A DNA stretch of 64,000 bases from an uncultured Gammaproteobacteria bacterium (GCA_964609095.1 CAZSQN010000001.1:86117-150116), one strand, 5' to 3'. Positions 36,246-46,106 are shown, numbered from the stretch's first letter. The notes: a model not told the origin generated them from the letters alone. Translations and numbers: made by a program.

Positions 36246-36542
36246 TAGCCGAGAATTTTTTTCCGAAAACCCCCAGTCCGAAACCCGCCCGCATTCCTCC
36301 CCAGACCCCTCCTGCGGGCGGGAAATCAGCCGAGGCAGGGCGAATCCATATCCCCAGTCAAATGTTTCGCCCTGCCGAGTCCGCATTAGTTTTCAGGGTT
36401 CTCCGCAAAATGGGTTCTGACTTTTTCAAACAAACACCACCAAATTGAATTAGTCGCCTCGCTCGGGGCTTCGCCGTTCTTGCGACAATTCAGAGATTGG
36501 CTGACAAGTTTGGCGTGTTAGTTGATGATCTAAAAAATTATT

Positions 36543-36983
36543 ATGGAAAAACAGCTTACAAAAATTGGAGATGGCGTAATCTGCCCGATTGCGGTGATGG
36601 TAAAAGACGGCAAAGTGCTTGCCGGTCACCGCCACTATACAAAAGACAAATGGAAAGATATTTCCGTCTGGACAATTCCTGGCGGCAGGTCTGACGCGGG
36701 CGAAATAATTGAGCAAACTCTGCGGCGAGAAGTCGCCGAGGAAGTCGGCATTACTGAATTTGAGATTGTAGATTTTATTGGTGAAGCGCCCGGGGCAAAG
36801 GATGGTGATACGGTTCTCGTGTTTTACTGCGCAACAAAGCAAGAGGCAAAGCTCATGGAGCCGGAAAAATTTTCCGAATGGCGTTGGGTTCCGATTAAGG
36901 ATTACATTATTGGAGAATCATATAGCGGCTTTAATCCTCTGGCGCGGAGAATGATTACTGATTATCTGTTGAATTTAAAATAA
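36543..36983 (+). CDS. NUDIX hydrolase
   Basis: Nudix box GGRSDAGEIIEQTLRREVAEEVGI. Confidence 0.8.
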   Translation: MEKQLTKIGDGVICPIAVMVKDGKVLAGHRHYTKDKWKDISVWTIPGGRSDAGEIIEQTLRREVAEEVGITEFEIVDFIGEAPGAKDGDTVLVFYCATKQEAKLMEPEKFSEWRWVPIKDYIIGESYSGFNPLARRMITDYLLNLK

Positions 36984-36985
36984 CA

Positions 36986-37750
36986 ATGAAACTTATATCA
37001 TTAAATACATGGGGCGGTCGTGCTGGAAAGGAAAAGCTTCTTGCGTTTTTCGCGAAACACAAAGACGCGGATATTTTTTGTTTGCAAGAAATATGGTCTG
37101 CTCCATATGAACATTTAGAAGGATATTCCGCGGGCGGAATTAATATTAGTCACTCTAATATAATGGTTTATGGAATGCAGGAGATATCCGCTTTACTTCA
37201 TAGCCACACAGCGTATTTTAAACCGCACCATCTGGATAATTACGGTTTAATGATGTTGGTCAAAAAGAATTTAGATGTAATTTCGGAAGGAGATGTGTTT
37301 GTCTATAAAGAAAAAGGACACATACCCGAAGAAGACGTCGGTTTCCATGCGCGGAATGTGCAATATGCGACTATCACAACCCAAAAAGGAAATAGATCGA
37401 TATTGAATTTCCACGGCCTTTGGAACGGCAGAGGAAAAAGCGATAGCGAGGACAGATTATTGCAGTCGGATAAGATCATTCGGTTTATGAAAACTCTATC
37501 CAACCCGTATGTTTTGTGCGGTGATTTTAACCTTTTACCTGATACGCAGAGCATTAAGAAACTGGAGGATTCCGGTCTCCGCAATCTTATTAAGGAATAT
37601 GGAATCACTTCAACGCGCACGAGTTTATACGGCAAAAAAGAGAAATTTGCTGATTATGCTTTGATTAGCGAGGGAATGGCAGTAAATGATTTTAAGGTGC
37701 TGCCAGATGAGGTTTCCGATCACTGTCCTCTTTATTTAGAATTTGAGTAG
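36986..37750 (+). CDS. endonuclease/exonuclease/phosphatase (EEP) family protein
   Basis: EEP motifs (ISLNTWGG, DIFCLQEI, GDFN, SDHCPLYLEF). Confidence 0.75.
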   Translation: MKLISLNTWGGRAGKEKLLAFFAKHKDADIFCLQEIWSAPYEHLEGYSAGGINISHSNIMVYGMQEISALLHSHTAYFKPHHLDNYGLMMLVKKNLDVISEGDVFVYKEKGHIPEEDVGFHARNVQYATITTQKGNRSILNFHGLWNGRGKSDSEDRLLQSDKIIRFMKTLSNPYVLCGDFNLLPDTQSIKKLEDSGLRNLIKEYGITSTRTSLYGKKEKFADYALISEGMAVNDFKVLPDEVSDHCPLYLEFE

Positions 37751-37840
37751 CAATATAAGACATACGGCAATAATCCACAAAAATAAATATCATCAAAACA
37801 AAAACCTCCCTATGGGGGTTTTTGTTTTTAATTATTTTCA

Positions 37841-38248
37841 TTAAAGCGACAAGACAAGCGCGCCGGGACCGGTTGTGAGGAGCGCTAAATTTGCCGCAAG
37901 AAGCATCAAATCAAATTCCCAACCGGTGGCGGTTTGACTGGTGAACGGCGCTTTCCATACTTTGATTTTAAAATAAAGCGCGCCAAGCATGATTATTGCC
38001 AGGCCAAGCGCGGCAAGCTGTGTCCAAAATCCAATAATTAAAGCCAGCGCGGCAAGCGGCTCCGCTATGGATAATAGTTTCATTGTGGAAAGCATTTGCG
38101 CCGGCATTTGCGGATTGGGCTGCATTTTCCACATCGCCCACTTTGCTTTGCCGTGGGCAAAGAAGATAACGCCGACCGCGAGCCGGAGCGCCAGCAGCCC
38201 CCAGTCGAAATAAGAAGTTAATGAGTTAAGAAAATCCATATTGCGCAT
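37841..38248 (-). CDS. DoxX-family membrane protein
   Basis: DoxX signature (LLALRLAVGVIFFAHGKAK). Four TM helices. Confidence 0.7.
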   Translation of the reverse strand: MRNMDFLNSLTSYFDWGLLALRLAVGVIFFAHGKAKWAMWKMQPNPQMPAQMLSTMKLLSIAEPLAALALIIGFWTQLAALGLAIIMLGALYFKIKVWKAPFTSQTATGWEFDLMLLAANLALLTTGPGALVLSL

Positions 38249-38329
38249 TAAACTTAATAATAGTTTCGTGCTATAATTATACCATATTGGGAAAAGCGGA
38301 TTTTGGCGCGAGTGCTATAATATAAGAGT

Positions 38330-38587
38330 ATGCGCATAATTTTGGGGATAATCGGGATAGTTGTCGGTTTTATTATTGTCTGGAAGAGCGAGTGGATGCT
38401 TCGCGCTTTTGGGCGCGTGCCCTGGGCCGAGGCGCATTTGGGATTTGAGGGCGGCTCGCGGCTTTTTTATAAACTTATTGGCGTTTTGGTAATAATCATC
38501 GGCGCTTTTGCCGCCACCAATCTTTTGGGCGGGATTTTGAACGCGATTTTAAGCCCGCTTTTCGGCGGCTTTACCGCAACAGAATAG
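38330..38587 (+). CDS. hypothetical small membrane protein
   Basis: 85 aa with two hydrophobic helices. Confidence 0.45.
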   Translation: MRIILGIIGIVVGFIIVWKSEWMLRAFGRVPWAEAHLGFEGGSRLFYKLIGVLVIIIGAFAATNLLGGILNAILSPLFGGFTATE

Positions 38588-38679
38588 CTTAGAGCTTGTG
38601 GCTCGTGGCTCGTGGCTCGTGGCTTGTGGCTTTTAGAAGTTTTAACTATAAGCTAAAAGCTAACAGCTAAAAGCTATTT

Positions 38680-39216
38680 ATGCCTTATATACCATCAGGC
38701 AGTGAAGTTCTAAATCCAAAGGCGCTTGCGGAAAAAATGGGCGTAGCCGAAGGAATGACCGTGGCCGACCTTGGCTGCGGCACGCAGGGGCATTTTGTAT
38801 TTCCGGCCGCCCACCTTGTCGGGTCCAAAGGAAAAGTGTATGCGGTTGATATTTTAAAATCCGCGCTCTCCGGAGTGGAGAGCCGGGCAAAAGTTGAGGA
38901 AGTGGATAATGTGGAAACCGTCTGGTCTGATTTGGAAGTGTACGGCGGAACAAAAGTGCCGGAACTTGATTTAGCCATGCTCATAAACAATTTGCCCAAA
39001 GAGCCGATGTTAAAAGAAGCGGCCAGAGTTGTTAAAAAGGGCGGCAAGCTCGTCGTGATTGATTGGAAGCCGTCAGCCGCGCCGCTCGGGCCTCCGTCAA
39101 AGGATCGCGTGGACAAAGACCGTATCAAAAATTTGCTGATTTCTTGGAGATTTAGATTAACGGAAGATTTTGAGGCCGGACCGTATCATTTTGGATTGGT
39201 ATTCGTCAAAGAATAG
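38680..39216 (+). CDS. class I SAM-dependent methyltransferase
   Basis: Motif I VADLGCGTQG. Acidic motif II KVYAVDIL. Confidence 0.75.
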   Translation: MPYIPSGSEVLNPKALAEKMGVAEGMTVADLGCGTQGHFVFPAAHLVGSKGKVYAVDILKSALSGVESRAKVEEVDNVETVWSDLEVYGGTKVPELDLAMLINNLPKEPMLKEAARVVKKGGKLVVIDWKPSAAPLGPPSKDRVDKDRIKNLLISWRFRLTEDFEAGPYHFGLVFVKE

Positions 39217-39350
39217 GCGGCATTGCCAAGAGAAAGGTTTTTGTGCTAAAAGAGTAGCAGACATTTTTGTCTGTTTTTATTTTAGCGGTTAGCGGTCAGC
39301 GTCAAGCGTTCAGTAAATTTCTAAACGCTATACGCTATACGCTTGAGATT

Positions 39351-39767
39351 ATGAATCTCGCGGGATACAAAGCATTTCTTACTTTGGGATATTGGTTCAA
39401 TGTCCGGCCTTTGCCTATGCCCAAAACTTGGATTATCGGTTTGGCCATTTTTTTCGCCGTTTATATCGCGGCCGGAATCGTTTTTAATATATTGGCAAAG
39501 CGGAGCGCGCCATTGCTTGCGCGCCGTTTTAAGCCGGTTTCCAGATTTTTCTGGGCCGCCGGGCTTTTGGGATATCTTTGGCTGTTTTTTTCCTACGAAG
39601 AGGCGATTTTGCTTGGCGCGAGATTTTGGTTTCTTTTGATTGCCGCGGCAACCATTGTCAGAGCGGTTTTCACGTTATTGGATTTTAAAAAGAATCTGCC
39701 CAAAGAAGCCGCGGCGCAGGAAGAAAAAAGAAGATTTGAAAGTTATTTGCCGAAAAAGAAAAAATAA
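39351..39767 (+). CDS. hypothetical membrane protein
   Basis: Start moved to ATG 39351 because the ORF's 5' extension covers a heptamer-repeat hairpin (39285-39345). 3-4 TM helices. Confidence 0.45.
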   Translation: MNLAGYKAFLTLGYWFNVRPLPMPKTWIIGLAIFFAVYIAAGIVFNILAKRSAPLLARRFKPVSRFFWAAGLLGYLWLFFSYEEAILLGARFWFLLIAAATIVRAVFTLLDFKKNLPKEAAAQEEKRRFESYLPKKKK

Positions 39768-39770
39768 TTT

Positions 39771-40136
39771 ATGTCAACTCGCGCGCGGGGAAATCTGGGC
39801 GAGGAGATGGCGCGGAAGTTTTTAATCAAAAAGGGCTTCAAGATATTGGAAAACCAGTTTTTCGCGCGCGTGGGCGAGATAGACATTGTGGCCGCCCGCC
39901 GCGGCCGTCTGCATTTTGTGGAGGTTAAGGCAAGAAGCTCGTCCGAGTTTGGCTATCCGGAAGAGGCCCTGACCCGTACTAAAAGCGAGCGCGTGCGCAA
40001 AGCGGTCGGGTTATATCTTCTTAAAAACAGAATAGCGCACCAAAATTATCAGATTGACTTAATAACCGTGGAGCTCGACTGGGTAACGCATCGGGCGCGC
40101 GTGCAATATATTGAAAACGCGGTGGGAGAATGGTAA
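39771..40136 (+). CDS. yraN: YraN-family (UPF0102) endonuclease
   Basis: GNLGEEMARKFLIKKGFKILENQFFARVGEIDIVAA...HFVEVKAR. Confidence 0.75.
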   Translation: MSTRARGNLGEEMARKFLIKKGFKILENQFFARVGEIDIVAARRGRLHFVEVKARSSSEFGYPEEALTRTKSERVRKAVGLYLLKNRIAHQNYQIDLITVELDWVTHRARVQYIENAVGEW

Positions 40137-40158
40137 GGTTGAAACGGAGGAGAAAGAA

Positions 40159-40455
40159 ATGCCCTTTTATATCCTTGGCGCGGTTGGAATGATTGTCGTT
40201 TCCTGGCTTTTGACCGGTTTTGCCGCCAGATGCCTTTTAAAAAATTTTGTTTACGAAATACGGAAAAGATACGGAGGACAATCCGATCCGCCGCCAAAGG
40301 AATTGTGGAGGCGATACGCGGGCAGAGAGCAGTGGAGGATAATTTTAAAGGGTTATTTCGGACTGGTGGAAGTGGAAGATATTTTAAAAGGCGCGGCTAA
40401 GAAAAATGACAACGAGGGCAATCTCCTGACTTGGGAAGACAAGTTCAAGCTTTAG
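40159..40455 (+). CDS. hypothetical small membrane protein
   Basis: SD GGAGGAG upstream. Single N-terminal TM helix. Confidence 0.45.
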   Translation: MPFYILGAVGMIVVSWLLTGFAARCLLKNFVYEIRKRYGGQSDPPPKELWRRYAGREQWRIILKGYFGLVEVEDILKGAAKKNDNEGNLLTWEDKFKL

Positions 40456-40638
40456 GAGCTTGACGATTCCGGTTCGTTGTGTTATAGTATAAATGCAATA
40501 AAGACCTGGGTTAAATACTCTGGTCTTTTTCATTTAATCAAATAAGAATATAATACGAATAATGGTTTTTATGCGAATTCGCGGATATGTGAATTTGCAT
40601 ATTCGCATCATTCGCAACTATTCGCAGATTCGTATCTT

Positions 40639-41913
40639 ATGCCATCAGCAATCATGCAAGCCATAAAACAGATTTCTGACGAAAAGGGGCTGCCATACGA
40701 GAGCGTGCTTGAAACCATTCAAGCCGCTTTGGCCGCCGCTTACAGAAAGGATTTTGGAAAGAAAAACCAAAATATAAGAGTTGAATTTGATCCGGAAACC
40801 AGCAATCTCCGGGCTTTTGACGTAAAAACGGTTGTTTCGGATGAGCTGGCCGCCGCGTACGCGGCCGAAGAGGAAGCCAGGCGTAAGGCCGCCGAAGAGG
40901 CCGCGGAAGAAAAAAGACCGCTGTTTAAAAAAGAAGAAGAAAAGTCAGTTGAGTCAGTTTTAGCGGAAGGCGAAGAAAAAGAGCTCAAATTTAATCCCAA
41001 GCTTCATATTTCTTTAACCGAGGCGCGAATCATAAAGCCGGATGCCGAGGTGGAGGAGGTTATCACCACGGAATTGGAGGTGCCCGGTTCTTTTGGCAGA
41101 ATGGCCGCGCAAACCGCCAAACAAGTAATAATTCAGCGTCTGCGCGAAGCGGAACGGCAGACCGTTTTTGACGAATTCAAAAGCAAAGAACACGAACTTA
41201 TAAACGGAGTAATTCAGCGCCGCGAGGGCAGGGTTGTTTTGGTTGATCTCGGGCGCGCGACCGGCGTCATACTTCCTGACGACCAGATTCCGGGCGAGGT
41301 CTACGCGCCCGGCGCGCGGATGAAAATGTATATTTCTTCCGTGCAAATTACTCAAAGAGGGCCGGAAGTTCTGGTTTCTCGTTCCAGCCCGGAAATGGTC
41401 AGAAAACTTTTTACTCTTGAGATTCCGGAAATTGTTTCCGGCGCGGTTATTATAAATAATATCGCCAGAGAGGCCGGTTCCAGAACCAAGGTGGCGGTTA
41501 GCGCCAGCGCGCCCAATGTTGACCCCATCGGTTCTTGCGTGGGGCAGAGAGGAACGCGCATCCAGACCGTCATTGGTGAACTTGGCGGAGAAAAAGTTGA
41601 TATCATCCAATATGAGGAGGATTACGCCAAATATGTCTCTAACGCGCTTTCGCCGGCCAAAGTCATTTCGGTTAAAGTTGACGAGGCCTCGCAGACCGCC
41701 AATGTGACTGTTTCCCCGGACCAGCTTTCATTGGCCATTGGCCGCGGCGGACAAAATGTGCGGCTCGCGGCCCGGCTTACGGGCTGGAAAATCAACGTGA
41801 TGGAAGCGGGAAAGCCGGAGATTGTCGAAGGCGGAGAAGCGGTTCCGGAAGAATCCGCAAAGGAGGAAATAACGGCAGAAGTTTTAGGAGAAACGGACAA
41901 AGCCAAAGAGTAA
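40639..41913 (+). CDS. nusA: transcription termination/antitermination factor NusA
   Basis: N-terminal NusA domain, S1 and tandem KH domains (VIGELGGEKVDIIQY; GRGGQNVRLAARLTGWKI). Acidic C-terminal tail. Confidence 0.85.
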   Translation: MPSAIMQAIKQISDEKGLPYESVLETIQAALAAAYRKDFGKKNQNIRVEFDPETSNLRAFDVKTVVSDELAAAYAAEEEARRKAAEEAAEEKRPLFKKEEEKSVESVLAEGEEKELKFNPKLHISLTEARIIKPDAEVEEVITTELEVPGSFGRMAAQTAKQVIIQRLREAERQTVFDEFKSKEHELINGVIQRREGRVVLVDLGRATGVILPDDQIPGEVYAPGARMKMYISSVQITQRGPEVLVSRSSPEMVRKLFTLEIPEIVSGAVIINNIAREAGSRTKVAVSASAPNVDPIGSCVGQRGTRIQTVIGELGGEKVDIIQYEEDYAKYVSNALSPAKVISVKVDEASQTANVTVSPDQLSLAIGRGGQNVRLAARLTGWKINVMEAGKPEIVEGGEAVPEESAKEEITAEVLGETDKAKE

Positions 41914-41977
41914 ATTCAGATTAAATTTTAGATTTCTGATTTAAGATTTGAAATCTGAGATTATAAATTTGAAATTC

Positions 41978-42700
41978 ATGAGCATTTACACGACAATTTT
42001 TTACCAGCCGATGTTTAACGCCCTGATCTGGTTTTATAATGTGGTCCCAGGGAAAGACATCGGTCTGGCGATTGTTCTTCTTACGGCGCTGCTTAAGATT
42101 TTGCTTTGGCCGTTTTCCATCCAATCTTTGAAATCGCAAAAGGCGATGACCGAGCTTCAGCCCAAGCTCAAGGAGCTTCAGGAAAAATATAAAGGGAAAA
42201 AAGAGGAGCTGGCCAAAGCCACGATGCTGCTTTATTCAAAAGAAAAGGTAAGCCCCTTTTCTTCCTGTCTGCCGCTTTTGGTTCAGCTTCCTTTTCTTAT
42301 AGCGCTCTATCAAGTGCTTCGCGACGGGCTGGCTTCAAAAAAGTTTGAACTGCTTTATTCTTTTATCAGCAATCCCGGGCAGGTTGACCCGACCTTTTTT
42401 GGGATCTTGAATTTGGCGGCCCCGAATTTTATTTTGGCGCTCTTAGCGGGAGGCGCTCAATTTTTGCAATCAAAAATGCTTTCCACCAGGCGCCCGCCGC
42501 GCTCCGTGGCCGGCAAAGAGGGAAGCAAGGACGAAGATACGATGGCGAGGATGAATAAGCAGATGACTTATATGATGCCGGCGATTACGGTTGTGATTTC
42601 CGCCGGGCTTCCGGCCGGACTCGCGCTTTACTGGCTTATTTCAAGTTTGCTCACCGTTGGCCAGCAGGCGCTCTTCTTAAGAACTCGCCATAAGCCGTAA
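41978..42700 (+). CDS. yidC: membrane protein insertase YidC/Oxa1 (short form)
   Basis: YidC core (LLKILLWPF, MTELQPKLKELQEKYK, MLLYSKEKVSPFSSCLPLLVQLPFLIALYQVL). Confidence 0.8.
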   Translation: MSIYTTIFYQPMFNALIWFYNVVPGKDIGLAIVLLTALLKILLWPFSIQSLKSQKAMTELQPKLKELQEKYKGKKEELAKATMLLYSKEKVSPFSSCLPLLVQLPFLIALYQVLRDGLASKKFELLYSFISNPGQVDPTFFGILNLAAPNFILALLAGGAQFLQSKMLSTRRPPRSVAGKEGSKDEDTMARMNKQMTYMMPAITVVISAGLPAGLALYWLISSLLTVGQQALFLRTRHKP

Positions 42701-42738
42701 GCCATAAGCATACAGCTTAAAGCTTACGGCAAAATATT

Positions 42739-42993
42739 ATGTTAATTCCCTTTCGTGATTTAAAAAAACTTCCCGTCTACACCAGAAGCGGAATTTTTTT
42801 GGGAAAGATTGTCGGTTTTGAACTGGAGGCGGAAGCGCATCTTGTGCGGGTTTATTTTGTCAGAAAGATATTGGGGCCGGAATTAGCCATTTCTCGCGAA
42901 CAAGTGGTTTCCATAACCGCGGAGAAAATGACGGTTGAAGATACTTTTATAAAAGAAACGGCTTATGTCTCCGCTGCGCCAAGCAATTCTTAA
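42739..42993 (+). CDS. hypothetical protein, possibly PRC-barrel-like
   Basis: 84 aa; pattern VYTRSGIFLGKIVGFELE resembles PRC-barrel/YlmC-like proteins. Weak call. Confidence 0.35.
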   Translation: MLIPFRDLKKLPVYTRSGIFLGKIVGFELEAEAHLVRVYFVRKILGPELAISREQVVSITAEKMTVEDTFIKETAYVSAAPSNS

Positions 42994-43864
42994 TACGCTC
43001 GCGTATTTTGACCTTTTTGATTATCCTTTAACCGCAATGGAAGTTTGGCGGTATCTTTACGCGCCGGGAATGGAAAGCATTGATTTTGAAAAGATTTTCG
43101 CCGAATTAAGCTCCCTTTTGGAAGAAAAAAAGATTGAAACCAAAAACGGTTTTTATTTTCTTTGCGGTCGGACGGAGATTGTTCAAATTCGCGCCGAGCG
43201 TTACGCTCTTTCATTTTATAAATATAGGCGCGCCCGATTTATTGCCAAGCTCCTTTCTTTTATTCCCGGAGTAAAAATGATTGCTCTGGGCAACACGGCT
43301 GCCTGGCGGCACAGCCGCAAAGAATCGGATATTGATTTTTTTATCATTACCGCTTCCGGAAGAATATGGACAACGCGGATGCTTTCCGTATTCCCGATTT
43401 CCGCGCTCGGGCTTCGTCCTCAAAAAACAAGTTCGGCAAACGCCGTTTGTTTAAGTTTTTACGCCAGCGAAGACGCGCTTAACCTGCGTCAGCTGATGGT
43501 AGAAGAAGATATCTATTTTCCGTATTGGACAGTAAGCATTGTTCCGCTTTGCGCCGCCTCCGGCATTTATGAAAAATTTAAGGAACAGAATGCGTGGGTT
43601 AGGCAATATCTGCCCAATGTTTCCTTTCGCGAGCCGGCCAAAGGCATAAAAAAAGCTTCTTTAGTTTCAGGGCTCATTATCCCGCAGATTTTTGAGGATA
43701 TGGCAAAAAGAATACAGGCAAAACTATTCCCGCCGCAAATTAAACGGCTTTCTTCCGGCGGCGGGACAGCCGTTATCGCCTCCGACCAATATCTTAAGTT
43801 TCACACGGACGACAGGAGGGCGGAGATTAGAGATAAGTGGAAAGAAAAAATAAATGCTTTTTAA
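42965..43864 (+). CDS. hypothetical protein (299 aa)
   Basis: Long ORF with conserved-looking blocks; possibly a nucleotidyltransferase-fold remnant. No confident domain. Confidence 0.45.
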   Translation: MSPLRQAILNTLAYFDLFDYPLTAMEVWRYLYAPGMESIDFEKIFAELSSLLEEKKIETKNGFYFLCGRTEIVQIRAERYALSFYKYRRARFIAKLLSFIPGVKMIALGNTAAWRHSRKESDIDFFIITASGRIWTTRMLSVFPISALGLRPQKTSSANAVCLSFYASEDALNLRQLMVEEDIYFPYWTVSIVPLCAASGIYEKFKEQNAWVRQYLPNVSFREPAKGIKKASLVSGLIIPQIFEDMAKRIQAKLFPPQIKRLSSGGGTAVIASDQYLKFHTDDRRAEIRDKWKEKINAF

Positions 43865-45140
43865 ACCGCAATTTTTTACCAATCTTCTTTTATTTCTCGT
43901 TTTTCTCCTGCCATGGCAGACGCGGGCTATTATTTCGCGCGCGCGCTTGGGGATTGGCACAAGCGAATACGGTACAATAGCCATCTACGCGGTTGAGGTC
44001 TTGCTTTGGATTGTTTTCGCGATATTTTTAGCAGCCGGCCGCCTGCGTCTGCCAAAAGACATAAAAGGCAGGCGGCTTATTTTAATTTTGTTTGCTTTTC
44101 TTCTTTTTTCTTTTTTTGAAGTTTTTATAAATCCTTTGCCGTTTCAGGGGTTTTTTTCATGGATAAGAATTATTGACGGAGTAATACTTTTTGCGTTGCT
44201 TGCTTTTGGAGGAGTTAAAAATAACCCGTTAATTTATTCGTTTTTGGCCGGCATTATAGTCCAGGCCGGAATCGGTATTTTTCAGTTTTCCGTTCAGGGC
44301 ATTTCTCCTTCAACCTTGTTTGGCATTGCCCGCCATGACCCGGCCTTTTTGGGCGACGCGGTAGTGGAAACAACCGCCGGCCGGTGGCTGCGCGCTTACG
44401 GCGCCCTGCCGCATCCGAACATTTTGGGCGGATACTTGGCAATTGCTTTAATTTTTTTGACAACCATAATCATCTGGCGTAAAAAAAATCAAAAAAAAGA
44501 CATTTTCGCGCTTTTTGGATTGCTTATACTTTCTGCCGCGCTTTTTTTCACTTTTTCGCGCGGAGCCATAATCGCCGCCGGAGCCGGCGGGCTTGTCTTT
44601 TTGTGGAACGCGTTTTTGAAAAATGGAGATGAGCGGTTTCACCGGATTATAAAATTCGGATTGCCGGTCGCGGTTTTGTGGGCAGTTTTAGGATTAACTT
44701 TTGTGCCGCTTCTCCAGGCCAGATTTATGGGTTTAGGGCGAGTGGAGCAAATATCAACGAATGAGAGAATGTATGAATATGGGCAGGCGTTTGAGCTTTT
44801 GCCGCGCTTTGCCGTAGTCGGCGCGGGGATAGGCGCGTACACTAAACGGTTGGAAGAAATTAGCCCCGGACTTCCGGGTTATGCTTACCAGCCGGTGCAC
44901 AATTTATATCTCCTTCTTTTTATAGAACTTGGATTGATTGGCGCTATACTTTTTCTTGTCCTGATTTTAAGTTTTATCCGCGCGCTTAATCCGACCGCGA
45001 GATGGGCCGCGTATCCTATTCTCGCGGCCCTTTTAACTTTGGGATTTTCTGACCATTACTTGTGGTCGCTTGAAGCCGGTATAATGTTATTTTGGACGAC
45101 TTTAGGATTGCTCTATAATTTCCGCGCGACTGAAATTTAA
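43854..45140 (+). CDS. O-antigen ligase-like (Wzy_C) polytopic membrane protein
   Basis: About 10-12 TM helices and a periplasmic loop with FSRGAIIAAGAGG...HNLYLLLF, as in the O-antigen ligase family. Confidence 0.5.
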   Translation: MLFKPQFFTNLLLFLVFLLPWQTRAIISRARLGIGTSEYGTIAIYAVEVLLWIVFAIFLAAGRLRLPKDIKGRRLILILFAFLLFSFFEVFINPLPFQGFFSWIRIIDGVILFALLAFGGVKNNPLIYSFLAGIIVQAGIGIFQFSVQGISPSTLFGIARHDPAFLGDAVVETTAGRWLRAYGALPHPNILGGYLAIALIFLTTIIIWRKKNQKKDIFALFGLLILSAALFFTFSRGAIIAAGAGGLVFLWNAFLKNGDERFHRIIKFGLPVAVLWAVLGLTFVPLLQARFMGLGRVEQISTNERMYEYGQAFELLPRFAVVGAGIGAYTKRLEEISPGLPGYAYQPVHNLYLLLFIELGLIGAILFLVLILSFIRALNPTARWAAYPILAALLTLGFSDHYLWSLEAGIMLFWTTLGLLYNFRATEI

Positions 45141-45291
45141 TTAGCGGTCTTTGACATTTGGAAGAGGGTATAATAAGCTTCATCGTGTTCTTTTGAAGAA
45201 ACCAACCGCGGGCGGGCGCCATGAGGGCAATCCGCTTTTAAACGCAAACCCCAACCCCCCGACTGCGCTCGGGGTAAACAAGGAGCAGGAC

Positions 45292-45534
45292 ATGAGAGTG
45301 GTTCTCGGCATTTTGATGGTTGTCGGCGGTATTGCGCTTGGCGTTTACGTCGGCATTTAGGTTTGTTTTGTCGGCGGCATTGTTGACATCATTGAGCAGG
45401 TTCAGGCCACTCATGTGACGGCAACTACGGTTGCTTGGGGCATTGCCAAGATCTTTTTTGCGGGTCTTTTGGGCTGGCTCTCGGCCCTTATTCTGGTTAT
45501 TCCCGGATTTGCTTTCATCGCCAGCCACGACTAA
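45292..45534 (+). CDS. small hydrophobic protein interrupted by an in-frame TAG (22 aa + 58 aa)
   Basis: SD AAGGAGCAGGA upstream of ATG 45292. TAG at 45358-45360 is in the same frame as the downstream hydrophobic ORF ending at 45534. Terminator 45544-45585 follows. Confidence 0.35.
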
Positions 45535-45543
45535 TTAGAAGCG

Positions 45544-45585
45544 CCCCGTACAAGAGATAAGCTCTTGTGCGGGGTTTTTGTTTTG
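45544..45585 (+). terminator. rho-independent terminator
   Basis: ccccgtacaagag-ataa-gctcttgtgcgggg + TTTTTGTTTT. Confidence 0.7.
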
Positions 45586-45754
45586 ATAAATTTCCATCTT
45601 CAATTGCGCGCTAGGGGCTGTTGTATTATTAGCACTCTTACTTGACAAGTGCTAATGGCCTGTTGTAAGGTTTAAGCAAACAAATGGCTCAGAGCCATTT
45701 TTGTTACCTTAATTATTAAGAGCTGAAAGTTAAAAGCTGACAGCTAATTATTAT

Positions 45755-46042
45755 ATGAATGTACGTCCTCTTGGAGACAGAGTGATTGTGCGGCCTATTA
45801 AGGAGGAAGAGGCCACCAAGGCCGGTATTATTCTCCCCGATACCGCCAAGGAAAAGCCGGAACGCGGCGAAGTTATCGCCGTTGGTCCTGGCAAAATGCT
45901 TGAAAACGGAACGCGCGTGGCGATTTCCGTTAAAGCGGGAGAGAAAGTATTGTTTAAAAAATACAGCCCTGACGAACTTAAGGTCGAAGGTCAGGAGGTC
46001 TATGTGCTGCGGGAGGAGGATTTACTCGCGGTAATCGAATAG
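45755..46042 (+). CDS. groES: co-chaperonin GroES
   Basis: MNVRPLGDRVIVRP...GIILPDTAKEKP. 95 aa. Confidence 0.9.
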   Translation: MNVRPLGDRVIVRPIKEEEATKAGIILPDTAKEKPERGEVIAVGPGKMLENGTRVAISVKAGEKVLFKKYSPDELKVEGQEVYVLREEDLLAVIE

Positions 46043-46106
46043 CCATAAGCCCTAAGCTATATGCCATAAGCATATAGCTTACAGCCTACGGCTTACAGCC
46101 AACACT

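Larger units (their letters stand above)
32417..36500. mobile_element. putative integrative/invertible element at the tRNA-Ala 3' end with nested long inverted repeats
   Basis: Repeat a (32421-32547) is the reverse complement of a' (34017-34143), about 2 mismatches in 127 bp. Repeat b (34144-34330) is the reverse complement of b' (36247-36440). A diverged a-like copy follows at 36441-36500. The shared core CCACCA(T/A)(T/A)TT occurs at the tRNA junction and at 36435. Confidence 0.6.

Noticed and set aside
46040-46100. Regularly spaced short repeats could suggest a CRISPR array
   Set aside because: Units are 7 nt with no unique spacers. There are no cas1/cas2 and no 25-40-nt repeats anywhere in the window, so this is not CRISPR.
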